In this document: positions 9,364 through 21,473 of the stretch, piece after piece | Layout of the letters: each line of letters starts with the position of its first letter | How positions within the stretch are numbered: position 1 is the first letter of the stretch | From: Perkinsus chesapeaki ATCC PRA-425 | Taxonomy: Eukaryota > Protista > Perkinsozoa | NCBI GenBank assembly: GCA_013115145.1 | Contig: JAAPAO010000341.1 | Span: 1-37,876, forward strand | Length of the DNA: 37,876 nt | Direction: 5' to 3' | Translations under genes and position numbers: made by a program | Notes under the pieces: model-generated | What the model was told of the DNA's origin: nothing | The model's database searches: none | What the model saw: only the letters and a program-made list of their open reading frames with translations

Positions 9364-10280
9364 TTATTCAATAATAACTGATAGCGAATCCAACTAATAT
9401 ACCAAATCGATCAGATGATCGATAACAAAAATCGATCAACCGTTTCACAATGCCCTCAGTCATCGCGCTAATTAAAAGCTCGCATTTGTTTTTTCTCAGG
9501 CGATTCAGCACGTAGTAGAATTCTGTTGAGTTGTTCTCTTTACTTGATTGCTCATGACTCGACATAAAAATTTAAAGCTATTTTTATTCCTGTAACTCCG
9601 CATTTCAGTTCGCAATGGACTGCAGTAGTAGCAAAGATGCCACTGCCATCTTTGCCATCATGGCAGCATTGGTTTGTTTAGTTGCCCCTGATGTGAGCTA
9701 TAATCCTATCATGATTCTTCAACTGACCCTTATGTGACATAATATTCAACTTATATCAGCACGCATGCACAAGGTGGTGGACCGTATAATGAAATATCAC
9801 TTCCAGCAAGTCACACAGGGACCGCAGATGTTCCCATTTTTTGCCCTATACCTCCACACGGCCGATCGACAGCGACCCCCCCTTCCGATAGTAACTCAAC
9901 AACAGCTTATCATCAACAACATAATAAAACATGCGACTATTGAGGATGTTGACTCCAATCAAGTTGGCTATGTACCACATACCGGTGCCTAAAGCAGCAA
10001 TCCAAGATGGACAGCTCATCCAACCTCATCATCAACCCACCGAAGCAGTTTATGCATATCCAACTCATTGCTGTACTTGGGCCGAGTGTCAAGGGTCTTC
10101 ACACTGTGCTGCTCATTAACATCGTTATCTGCCGCCCAAGGTGTCTTAACTTCATGTCGAGGAGCACCTGATCCATGGGACAATCTATCCACGCTTATGC
10201 CTTCAATGTTCATCGAATGTAGTTGTGGTCGTCATCGCCACGATACTGCAAGTATGATAAAGATAACTCATCTATCACAG

Positions 10281-10540
10281 GCGGGCCTATATTCCCTACG
10301 GTGGGCCTATATTCCCTACGGTGGGCCTATATTCCCTACGGCAGGCCNNNNNNNNNNNNNNNNNNNNNNNNNNNNNNNNNNNNNNNNNNNNNNNNNNNNN
10401 NNNNNNNNNNNNNNNNNNNNNNNNNNNNNNNNNNNNNNNNNNNGCCCTATATTCCCTACGGTGGGCCTATATTCCCTACGGTGGGCCTATATTCCCTACG
10501 GTGGGCCTATATTCCCTACGGTGGGCCTATATTCCCTAGG
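10281..10540. repeat. 20-bp minisatellite (GTGGGCCTATATTCCCTACG)n interrupted by an assembly gap
   Basis: Three units before and about five after the N run at 10348-10443. Confidence 0.97.
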
Positions 10541-11139
10541 GCAGATTATAACATTGACCTCATCACCCTTTGTGTAAAGTACACTTACTAGAATCGGAGG
10601 ACACAAAAACCGACCTCCGCAGTTATCGAAAAAAGCTGTGAAAAATATTTCTTTCCCATTCGACATGTGTAGGGGTGCAACTATACACATTTCTACACCG
10701 ATTGACCGCAGAACATCGGCCCTTCTCATCACCGCTATACATGGAAAGAGAACCGCTCACGAGCTTCAAATCGGACTCAGCAAAGTTGCCCGCCTCACTG
10801 ACTAGAACTGGAAAAACCCCGGGAAGCTGCCGTAGTGGCATTATATCACGACGAGTGACCGCGCGCCAGGAAATATTGCCAAATGTTCATATATAAATTT
10901 AACCCATAAGTTATGGGCCATAACGATGGACAACTGTCACATTTTCGCAGAAGTTGTAATTCGGGCTGGACAGTTAAGTTATGGGGGTTGACTAGGATAA
11001 ACTTGTCGAGATAAGACTCGTAAGTGATGCACGAGTAGGGCAGTACACGTGGAGAGGATAGAGCTGCCCAGAATGCCACGAGGGTCGGTTACAATTTCGG
11101 ATAGCCTTCATTATATAACAGGGGACTTATTATGATACT

Positions 11140-13500
11140 ATATAGTGGATGAGACTCGGGTGGAACTCTTTGGCGCTGAGATGGGAACAATGGCCGAGGC
11201 GAGATGTTTGAACCTTCTTATGCAACCAACGTCGCTGAATTCGATTACTCTCGAGAGTAATCATTATAATCATCTATACCTACTATTGACTTCTATAGTT
11301 ATTATTATGTATTTTGTCGGTAATCATAGACACCACAGATGGACTGCAACGGATCAAGCGCTGCTGTAAGCGTGCGTGGTGATGATCAATACCATGCCTC
11401 AGATATCGAGGGCACACGGAAGGATAAACGCACTCGAGAAATTTATGTCCGACTTCGCCATTTCCAGAGTCCCGGCTGGGGAGCTCTAACCACCCGACAT
11501 CGTCCCTTTATCACATTTGCTCATCTCCAACAACCGTTGTTTATTATCCTCCTCATCCCTACCATACGGGCTGTCACCATTGAATAAATCTATGTGATCT
11601 CTGCGAGCCAATGGTGTGCCTGAAATACCACTGTTGAGAAAGATTCTTCAGAGGTTAACTTGCCTACCTCTGGGTTGCCGATGAGCACAAGATGACGATG
11701 TTTCTAGCGATGATGTGCCACCTTCATCGAAGCGGAAATTGCTACCGTACAGAAAACGAACCTGATAGAGCAGGATTTGGTATAACCGAGAAACAGAACA
11801 TTTCCGTGCAACTTGGTCATCAAGCAACAAGGAGAACCCTAAACTGGTAGAGCTGGAGCTAGACAGTCGCTAAGTGGTAGATGCCATAAATTGTGCTGGC
11901 ACAATAATATAGTGCCTTGCTCCAGCCGGGGTACAGATATCGTATTGATAGGCCACTGATGCCATTGAAAGAGCGTGCTGTAGAATCTATCACTGATATG
12001 AGAACGGTGTGACGATATAATCCATGTTGAGCTGGTAAAGTGATGGGCTTACAAACGAGATAGGTTGAACTTACCGATTTATCAGTGATGACACGACTGA
12101 AAGGTGTATCATGTCCAAACGTCGATGAGGACTCCGAAAGGACCTTATTGCGTTGAGCCGGGTTCAATCCCTGGTAGAGGCATCTATTATTAATTAATAA
12201 TAATTTACACTTACAATAGGGACCCTCTCATTTTGCACTATAGTGGGCATCCCAGCAGGCAAAAGACTGCCGTTCTTTTCGTAAACTGAATGGTCGTAAA
12301 GACTTAAAGAAGGGTCTCTTGAGGCAAGGGAGCGCCCAGATACTACAGGGGTTGGATACATGAAAAACTGATAGAAAAACAATAAAACGCGACCGAATAG
12401 AGATCACTCGAGAGCGGAAACCAGTTGAAGTGTCGTTGAGTAGATGCAAGATTGCAAGAATCTTTGAACCCTTCGACTTGAAAGTTCGGCGTTGTTTTTT
12501 AGCAGCAACTGTGTATTTGAAACCTCTCGGAATCCACATTTCTTGGAGACCTGTCCAGTTATGTGTCATCGAGAATTAATTTATAAATTTCAATTAATCG
12601 AATTTTCAAATTTAAATTCAATTCAATTTAAAAATATTCGGAGGCAATTTTCAGATTTTAGTGTTGTCTGTTTACTTATGACCATAGCTCACACATTAGA
12701 CAACCTTCTAGTTCATAATTATGAATGGTATGATGGATCCCAGGTGAGGCTCGAGGAAGGTGAAGGAAAATTTTCTTAAAAAAATATTTTTTTGGAAAAT
12801 TTCGCGGTGGTGTACTAGGTTTGTCAGTAAATGTTAAATAATGAAAAACTGAATGCTTAAAGTTAATACTATTTGTCCTATTGGTTATATACATTATTAT
12901 AGGATAGGTCACGTCCAGTGAACGATTAGTCGGGGCTTTATTGGATAATAGACTTTATATCTATTCATGCTGTCAGTTAGATAAACTACTCCACGAACTG
13001 ACAAAGTACCTACCCCGTCTTGAAGATGAGACTTTCCACATGTAACCTAAGATGCGTCTTATCACGGCACAAGCGCTCGGGTCATCAACGTCAGTTATGC
13101 TCAACAACATATAGACGGCGACACTATAAAGGACATCAATTCGGCGATACCTGCCGTGATTGAGAGGCTCGTTAAAGTAGCTAGGAAATATTGCGGTATG
13201 GCGGTAAAGCCAGTGCGGATAGGTCCAGAGCATCCTCAATCATGAGGGACTGGGTTTCCCGAAATTCATGGCATCACCTGAAACGGCGGCCTCGAGCTTC
13301 GCTCATTATCATAAATCATCGGACCATCAGTATTCGCATAGTGCTGATAGCGACGCCGATAGCAACCGATACGACTCTAGAGGGTTGGATTCTCCTCGGC
13401 ATGTTGAAGATGACGGCTACGGTGGCCGGCATTACAGCGGATTACAGCGTGATGGAGGTCCGCCAGGGTACGGATTGGATCGGCGCCACAGAGCTCGAGG
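11140..13500 (+). pseudogene. Putative multi-exon gene, possibly pseudogenised, unknown function
   Basis: Plus-strand exons can be joined through GT-AG introns, e.g. IDRPLMPLKERAVESITDMRT|VELTDLSVM...TLLR*AGFNPW|DPLILHYSG...|...NYEWYDGSQ|LDKLLHELTKYLPRLEDETF|ARVINVSY...ERLVK|VQSILNHEGLGFPKFMASPE...GGPPGYG. In-frame TGA at 12154-12156. Several junctions are uncertain and both ends are undefined. Confidence 0.35.
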
Positions 13501-13825
13501 AGTGAGCCAGAGCCGATACGGCTTGCGGGCCGAGCAGAACCGTGGAGGGATAAATGGTCTGAGGGTTCCTGGTGATGATTTAAGGTCTATTAATATGAAT
13601 GGGAGCTTGCTGCATGGGGTAGGGAGCGGAAGAGTGGGGCGGAATTTTGAAAGGGGTGTGTTTTTGTTGAGAATTCCGCATTTGGAGATTTTTTCGTCGA
13701 GCTTCTCTGCTTGTCAGGGACATGACTTATGTCACTTGGATCGGAATCGGTTTTATTAAATGGTGTTTCTATATGTAGTAGTAGTAGACGGATAATGCGC
13801 TAAATGAATTTTCAATTCGGAAAAC

Positions 13826-13898
13826 TTCCGATACCGGGACTCGAACCCGGGTCGCCTGGGTGAAAGCCAGGTATCCTAACCAGCTAGACTATATCGGA
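13826..13898 (-). tRNA. tRNA-Glu: tRNA-Glu (anticodon TTC), intronless
   Basis: 73 nt: TCCGATATAGTCTAGCTGGTTAGGATACCTGGCTTTCACCCAGGCGACCCGGGTTCGAGTCCCGGTATCGGAA. Full cloverleaf with acceptor TCCGATA/TATCGGA, followed by a TTTT Pol III terminator. Confidence 0.97.
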
Positions 13899-15249
13899 GA
13901 GTGATGTTTTGTGTGATACACGTTCCCGCATCGGTTGTTCGAAGTAATATTCCTTCCAGCTCAGCGGTCACCTCAGGAGATCTCTCGAAACGTGCGTCGA
14001 CTACGCCAATCGCATTGGTGAGGTAAACGAATCTTCTGCGTCCCCTGAGTTATCGCGCTCGCAAGATTCTTCCCTCGCATAGCAGTTCGAAGATGTCGCC
14101 TCATCAAGGCCAGCAGATCGTTCAGCAAGGTTTGGCGTGCATAGGCGCGGTCTCCAGAGTGGTGCATGATGTACAGGTATATATTACGTTGTTTCAATTG
14201 CGTAACTGGCTTCAGAGAGACGCTCTCGGTTTTCCAGAGTGCGCAGCGGACAAGATAGGCCTCCTGTCGAAGTCGGGCATTTCGTCGCTGGATACATTAG
14301 TGTCAATAGCGCTGAGTGTGTCACCGTCCCCATTGCGTTATGCAGCTACATGCAGCGGTTTCATGTGAAGTGTCTAAGAGGACGCCATCAGTTGTCGAGT
14401 TTACAATTGAAGTGAAAGAGAAGTGGATAAATTCAAACTGTCGTGATGCGAATTAGAAAGGTGAAAGTGTCATGTGTCGCGACGCTGCTAGAAACACAAC
14501 AGATTGACTTATGACGTCCTTAAAAGACGCTATAGTTTGACGACGGGATGTCTGAGAATACTACGACCATAAACGACTCGAGGCCTTTCGTGATGATCCG
14601 GAAGATCCGTTCAATGCCCACATAGGTCCATAGAGCACTTTCGTGTCGCAACTCAAACCTCTGAGGTAGCTGGCCCCTTTATCGTAAAGCCTTGACTGTT
14701 GCTCGTTTTTACATATGAGAGCTATGGTAACAACGCCATTCCGAGGCTTAATAATCCTGAACGTAGTGCGATGGACATGCGCTCAACGAGTAGGCTCGAC
14801 AGTGACTCAGTATAGCACCTATACTTGCCTCAGATACTAACAACAGTGACGGACGCCTCAACAGACTACTCCACCATGCCAACTTCTGACACCTACGGTT
14901 GTGTCCGAATATCTGCCAGTATGACCTACCTCCCACCAACTGTATCACTTCTCTCCTGTAGGCGCTCCAATAGACATGGCAACAGTCGCTTGTAACAGCC
15001 AGCAATGCCCTCGGTGTTTTGCCTTGCAAGAGTGAGTGTTGATGAACCCGCCATGAGAAATCATACCAGTCAATGCTGGGAATATTACTCGATAGCAGCT
15101 CTTCAATCTCCTCACCGATCGCCGTAAAAGAGGGATGGGAACCTCTCCATCGACCGAAATTCATAATGTCCTCGAAGATGATTCTCCTTGCTAGTATAAA
15201 TTGTGGAAATGCTCCGGCGGCATGATGGTCTCATATGCCCTAACAGTGA

Positions 15250-16450
15250 CGCTTGCTGAGGTACTTGCCGACAAACCCAGCGAGCCCGACGACGTACACG
15301 CTCACCTTATCGAACTGCAATGGTGATTTAGTTTATCCCATATCGACCACACCAATACCACTGAGTGAGCTATCTTTCAAAGTTTCATCGACTCGCAGAC
15401 TTCAGGCACGACTAAAGTGTTCGAATACACCTTCATTAATCTAGGCGGTTCTGCAAGTACGGAATTCACTCCATCCCGTCACCAAATCCCGTCTGTATAG
15501 GTACATTCCAAGTCACCGCACCACACCCAACGAGCCCGGCCACGTTCAGCATCGGAGGTTGGTGTTGTTAGCCACGCTCACTGGTGCATGTCACTCTCTC
15601 AGCAACCAGTTCAAGATTTCGAAGAGCATATTGCTACAATGGGGTTTTATACTATCATTGATGTTCATGACAATTATGTGTACAATTGTGTCCGCAGTCC
15701 ACTTTTGTTCTTGTTCACTTTATCCCATCGTTCGGGTTACTCGGTATGCGGCGCGATTCGCCATCTCGGACGTCAGCCTTTCTGCAGCTCTCCCTGGTCC
15801 TTCCTATTGTCACTCAAAGAGTGTTCGAAGTAAAGCTCATGCTCATCTTCCCTCCAATAATGTGTTCAGGTGTTGGACCACGGTACCACTGATTGGTCTT
15901 CGTCGGTGAGCAGGTCCGGTTGTCTGCTATGGCCCAGTTCAGATGTATCACCCTTGCCAGCTGCTGTCCGGGTAGACCATGTACCTTCCTTCAGCTCTTT
16001 AACTCACACTCCCCTCTAGGTGCCGCTACTAGAAGGCAACTCTGCCGTGGATCCTTCGCCAATCAGTGGTATAGCTCAGACGCCTGGCGGCAGTGTTATC
16101 ACAATGGATGCTATCCCATACATAGGAGTCGCTATTCTTGCTTTGTATCACGTCAACTCTCTTCCTTCAGCCTGGTACAGCAGCTAGCCCTTACTGTTGG
16201 ATATTCGCTGGTAACCCGCAGGCTAACGTTGAGATTCAGATCGGCCCGGGCTCCGGTAGCATACTGTCCGACCACGTTGCATCAATCTAGCTCATATAGG
16301 CACTTATTCCGTTTGCAACCAAGTGCCACTATCACCCACTCATCCACAGTACGCAACAAGCTCTACGATCGAATACACATTTATCAATGCCCGGTCAAGC
16401 TCTGTTCTATTAAAAGGTTCTCTTGCCCCTTCAAGTATTTTCAATAGTAT
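15250..16450 (+). mobile_element. Highly decayed LTR-retrotransposon pol (RT-like) relic
   Basis: Stop-interrupted frames give FYTIIDVHDNY, GRQPFCSSPWSF, QVLDHG, PYIGV and TITHSSTVRNKLYDRI. These occur in the order expected for the RT motifs LDxxxAY, PFGxxxSP, YxDD, xYLG and a BEL/Pao-like TKR..LYDPLG. No LTRs seen. Confidence 0.42.
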
Positions 16451-17156
16451 CCTCTGTTAGGTCCAGCTTTTGTTGCCTCAAGCACGGTCACTTTGAGTGC
16501 AGGACGTGCGACAAGCTGCTATTGCTTTGGTAACCTCTTACATTGTGAAAGTTAGCATGCTTGACTATTAAGTGTATTATACTAGTTGTTGGATGATAGC
16601 TTTGTGTTTCCAACATCCGGCGTGCTTTACAAAAGACGTTCTAGCAGCATACCCCGAATACGCTGTTACAGTTTTTCTCCCCCTCTTAGGAGTACAAATT
16701 GAGGGCGTGGCGACCAGAAAGTTATAACGGAACGACAATGTTCCCAAAAATTAACGCATTTGACGATTGTCTTGCTCTTGCAACATTTTGCCTATCACAC
16801 TTCCTATTGCCCGATGCAATAGATGAACCATTTGATCCTCTAAGAACACATAGGGTTACCCCATTGGGTTAAGTTGGGTCGCCGATGCAGATCTTCATAA
16901 ACAACCATCGAAGTTTCAACAACGCCATCTCAGTTTGAGTACTGAAGTTACGCTAACACTAATTTTAGCAGTTTCTCAAAGCAAATGCTTAAGCGAATGA
17001 CGACGATATTTTGAACTAGCAAAACTCGGACGTCATATACACATTACTCATATCCAACACAAAGCCAATAACGTTTGGAAAACTACTAGCGACACCCTTT
17101 CGCTCGAGTCAACTTGAAAAATAGAGTATTAGATTATAGGAAAACGACCAAGATGT

Positions 17157-18080
17157 TTAGTAACATTTGACGGCAACAATAGTTGTTACCTCGACAAATT
17201 CAACGTACATCTCATAAGCATGATATTCGGTAATCATTTGAGAATTCATCTCACGCAAGAAAGTAGTCAGATTATCGTCTGGATTGACCAAGACGATTTC
17301 ACTCTCAGAGACATTATATTCAGAATAGAAATATTGACCGGCCATGTACATTGACACGTAGGTAGTGTCAAATATCATCTCAAAGCGGCCGAGAGAAGAA
17401 GAATCACCGCACCATTTACCTATAATATCGTCAATAGGCGCAGTGGTGACATCGGGTGCAGTGGTAACATCAACACCGGTAGTGACGTCAGGCACAGTGG
17501 TGATCTCAGCCGCAGTAGTGTTTACTGCTTCACTGGTAACATATTCGGTAGTAATGATCTCAGTGACATTACTGGGAGTAGTTACATTAGGTGTGGTGAC
17601 ATCAGGATCCTCGGTGGGACCAACGGTGACGATATGGCAGGGATAAGGTTCACCGGAGCACTCCGCGTCACTGCTAGCGTGACAAAGACTGCCATCCTCC
17701 TTGATAAGGATACCGAAGCAGACCGGCGGGTCCTGCCAGAACTTACAGTAGGAGCCCCAAGAGGAATCCTTGCAGTCATCCATACCATCGCATACTTCTT
17801 GACAGGTCGTGTCGGGGTACTCATGGCACATTACGGGTTTCAGAACAGAGTCGTCGCAGTCGGCGTTGTACTCGGTATCAGGCTGGAAACACTTGGCGTC
17901 CTCCTTATGATAGAGACCAAAGCATACACCGTTGTCTTTACAGTAGGACTCAGTGCAACCCATCGTCTGCGCACATGAGCTTTCACAATAGTGGCTATTG
18001 TCAATAACAGTCTCGCTCGCAGGAACACCTCCAGTAGCAACAACGACACCAAGAGTTGCAGCGGCAAATACAACACGCAT
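17157..18080 (-). CDS. Secreted Cys-rich protein with Thr-rich stalk and C-terminal beta domain, 307 aa (paralog 1)
   Basis: Signal peptide MRVVFAAATLGVVVA from ATG 18080. Two Cys-rich modules (GCTESYCKDNGVCFGLY; WGSYCKFWQDPPVCFGI), TTxPDV repeats, then a WCG-initiated domain. Intronless. Confidence 0.9.
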   Translation of the reverse strand: MRVVFAAATLGVVVATGGVPASETVIDNSHYCESSCAQTMGCTESYCKDNGVCFGLYHKEDAKCFQPDTEYNADCDDSVLKPVMCHEYPDTTCQEVCDGMDDCKDSSWGSYCKFWQDPPVCFGILIKEDGSLCHASSDAECSGEPYPCHIVTVGPTEDPDVTTPNVTTPSNVTEIITTEYVTSEAVNTTAAEITTVPDVTTGVDVTTAPDVTTAPIDDIIGKWCGDSSSLGRFEMIFDTTYVSMYMAGQYFYSEYNVSESEIVLVNPDDNLTTFLREMNSQMITEYHAYEMYVEFVEVTTIVAVKCY

Positions 18081-18606
18081 AGAGAGATAAGAAAACAAAA
18101 GTCCTGCACAACAAATGCAATACGATTAATCAGCTTAATGGTGAATGAATTCAATTATCGGTGTTCGATGCAAGTTGAGTTCAGTTGTTCAATGTTGGTT
18201 GAATAACCGTCGTGCGTATCTTACCGTTTCCTCACAGCGAGCGCGCGCCCAGTTGGGGTTGTGACACGACTGCATCACACCAACCATGAGTAACGGAAGG
18301 CATGCAAAAATAACATAACCCTATTGAACAGCGGTCTTTAGGGAAGAAGCTGCGTGTCTGGAGGCAACTTGCACTTCACTCGTGCTCATCCTTGCCAATT
18401 GAGCTGAGCAGACCTCAGCATTCGTTAGCGGCGCCACGCAGTTCCACTGTATCGAACATATCTCAGCTTGAACCAGAAGGACCACTCGACCGACTCAGGT
18501 CATTGATGGGACTTTTCTCACTTCAAAACGTTCGGACTTTCGGCACCGCTACCACTTTTCACCTTCGACTGCTTGCCACGTTTCTTTCGTTATATACACT
18601 CGTCCG

Positions 18607-18665
18607 CTGCGACATCATCACTTGAATCAACCAACCCAAGTTTCATAATTATATCCATAAACATC
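18607..18665. repeat. 59-bp near-identical copy of coding sequence at 21659-21717
   Basis: 57/59 identity; on the minus strand it encodes MFMDIIMKLGLVDSSDD. DNA similarity in the flanks decays within about 20 bp. Confidence 0.9.
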
Positions 18666-19835
18666 CCCAAATACACCCATCTGTCATCCTCAGTTACACC
18701 CATCTGTCATCACCAACTACAGAGTGACCAAGTGCTTTCGAACGTCGCACGTGTCGCAAAAATATTCGCCCTCTTGCGAAAGTTATTCGAAAAAGCACAT
18801 TTTTGGGGTCACCTTGTACATCGATTTCGGTGAGCTTGTCTCGTCTATTCTTTCCCATCAACACATGTCTTCCTGATTCTTTATAATAATATTCGATGAC
18901 AAGCCCTATGTTATAGAGCAGATACTGAGACGTGACAGTGCCAGTCACCGTGATAGTTTTCTTCTCACATTCTAAGACTCTAAGAGATATCGTCACCAGT
19001 TCGGTGAGGAGTCAACTCTACCATCTCTTCTTCGCATTGAACGCACCTTGAACGTGCTGCCATCGACGGCGTAAAATTATTGAGCTGCACATTTCATTGG
19101 ATCAACTTTCCCCGCACGAGCTACCGCCCCGTTCCCTAAACCATTGTCTCCTTTAAGTCGCCCTCAGAGCTAAACCAGCTTAGCTGATTGATGTCTCGAC
19201 TTCAACACAAAAGACGACACTTCTCAGGCTTCATAGACGACGACAAGAGGGCCTCCTTCTTGTTGCAATTGGATGTCTTCGAGGTGTACAGTACAGAACC
19301 AACTTCGGCAGTCTCGAGATATCAGCTTTGTGACTTCGTAGCCTATGCTTGTGCCAGACTCTGATTGCACAAGAGAGTTCAGCGGTGAAAGCAATGAGCG
19401 GCACGGTACTACCAAACCGCTCATTACTTTTAGAAGCCCACCGTAACGATAGGCTTCTAAAGGCGAACAGTCCTGATGTCCGGCACCCACAACACTCTCG
19501 GCGACTACAAATAAGGAGTTATGTCACCGGTACGTCCTATACGGGCAACGAAGTAAAGGTTGGTTGCCGTGCTTGACGTTGGCTTTGACTTGGAAGATGA
19601 AGACCTCTCTCATTTAAAAGACCGTTCCGAAGGGATGAGCGAAGGATATGTATTGGGACTGCTATCATTCCCCACTATCCCTCAAATTTTCCCTGCGCAG
19701 CATATATAGTATGTAATATTCACCATTTCCGTCGTTCTGTACGGCTAGAAATCTATTAGACTGGTACTAGTAGGTGTTAGCAACTCCACTCGGCAGTAAA
19801 TGTGATGAACAACATGTAAAAAAGTGAATGCTTTA

Positions 19836-20669
19836 CTAACTGGCATCCTGCTCGTGATCATCTACTAGCTCGCTGGCGCTCAACATTTCCCAGCTGCTTT
19901 CCCGCTTGAGTTCGTTTGAGCTCAACGTTTCCCAGTGTTCATCAGATGGATGATTAAACTCAGGACCTGACTCGCAGAATGCCCACTCGACTTGCTCGAC
20001 TCTTACCGTTATAGGCATCATAGTCCTCAGGAAGCAATGGTTCACCAGGGGTTGGTTTTATCTTGCATAGCTTGGTAAGCAGCTGGTCATTATTTTTCAC
20101 TTCCAGCTCGTCAGCAAAAATGTTGACAGCAGTCATACATAACCGAAATGGTGTGCTCTTGTCGTAGTATGTGCTGTACAAATTGCTGAGAGTAGGCAGG
20201 TAAATATTTCTGTCAATGTCATCAAGTTCCTCTGAACTGAATTAACAAAAGACGAGAAGTAATGCACTGTGCCCCGTGCATAACGATGAGCTCTCAAGTG
20301 GATCGGATAAGGGTAGAACGCCTCCATACATTCAAGTGGATTATACCATTCACCATACATTCAACGAGACCATCCCGTCTCTTTCATATCTCACCTTCTA
20401 GGGCTGTCCTTCCCACACTGCAGAAATCCAAGATAAATAATTTCATCGTCACGTTCAGTGGGAGTGGGATAAAGCTTGAAACCCGCGGAACCTTTCTTTC
20501 CTGCATCAACCCAGCATGCACGGACAGACTCGTCCCGGGCCCCTGGCGCCAAGATTACTAAGAAAACCAACAAGGAATACGTCAAGCCATATGCGAAGGA
20601 CACACCTTTAATCTTAGCGGTAACCAAAGGAACGAAGAATGAACCGAGGAGAAGAATTGGTGGCGGCAT
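19836..20669 (-). CDS. Spliced secreted hypothetical protein (family 2, paralog 1)
   Basis: Signal peptide MPPPILLLGSFFVPLVTA. In-frame intron 20237-20394 and a 40-nt intron before the last exon GPEFNHPS...EQDAS*. Core EELDDIDRNIYLPTLSNLYSTYYDKSTPFRLCMTAVNIFADEL is homologous to 28059-28340. Confidence 0.7.
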
Positions 20670-21473
20670 CTCGTTGACAGGCAATGGAAGATAACTTGAT
20701 AATTCGTATACCAAAGTCGGTATCCGTATACTCTGTGTTCTGTGATATTCCAGAGAGATATTCTCCTATATTCCTAAAGTATATGATCCACATTTCTATT
20801 GTGCTATCCTCCAGTTATCCCTCGAAGTGTCAGAACTACGGTTTTGAAGGGTGAACTTGTCTACGACAGATGTGAGTTCGAATATGAACACAGACTGTAT
20901 AATAATTATACAGTGCATGGTTCTCATGATCAAATGCAGGCATGCCGAGTAGAACCCATAAAAGCTGTCTTATACCGGAGTCTGCAATGATCATTATTAA
21001 TTATACACGGGTCGGATCAGTAAAGTTTTCTTACCGTATTTCGATATTTCACAGCTGGAATCCACATGCTCGAGCAACTCGATCTCGCTCGGTTAAAAAT
21101 TATTGGACTGGAAATGTCTTGCACAAACTGTGGCGTGCTGAAGCGTTCCTTATCGAATCAAACCTTATGCGTTCTCGAAATATGCACCCACTTTTGGATG
21201 AACTAAAGGGTGCTTATTAGATGTTATAGGAGGCTACCGAACCAGTCGCCATGTGTCCACTTGGCGACTGATTCATTCGGGAAGCGGCTGTACGCTACAA
21301 CAGGGATTATTATTGGGCGGTGCGTAGCAAATGTAGATAAGTTGATGGTTCTGGGCTAGATGGTCGGCGAGCAAATCCAGTACAGTAAGCAGCAGAGATT
21401 CGCAGCTTCGAGATTCGAAAACTGTCTAACGCAAGTTTCGTGCCATCAAACGCACTTTGAGTGTTAACCCTGG

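Noticed and set aside
10068-10591. ORFs running through the minisatellite
   Set aside because: Artefacts of a stop-free 20-bp repeat and the N gap.
12121-12145. Hammerhead-like gatgag...cgaaa
   Set aside because: Lacks the CUGANGA core and the required stems.
12158-12182. tRNA-Gly-like T-arm and acceptor 3' strand (ccgggttcaatccctggtagaggca)
   Set aside because: No matching 5' half, D-arm or anticodon arm. The same bases fit an in-frame exon end (AGFNPW) plus a GT donor, so a chance B-box is as likely.
13973-15164. Short ORFs after the tRNA (14093-14368 plus, 14748-15164 minus), including a faint LGFP echo of the 13250 exon
   Set aside because: Protein-like, but no recognisable motif or consistent exon chain; the similarity is too short to support a call.
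3602-16450. Stop-codon reassignment as an explanation for in-frame stops
   Set aside because: The conserved genes (protease, Aurora kinase, CCCH, ZNFX1) have no internal stops and end at TAA, TAG or TGA. Internal stops occur only in decaying loci, together with frameshifts.
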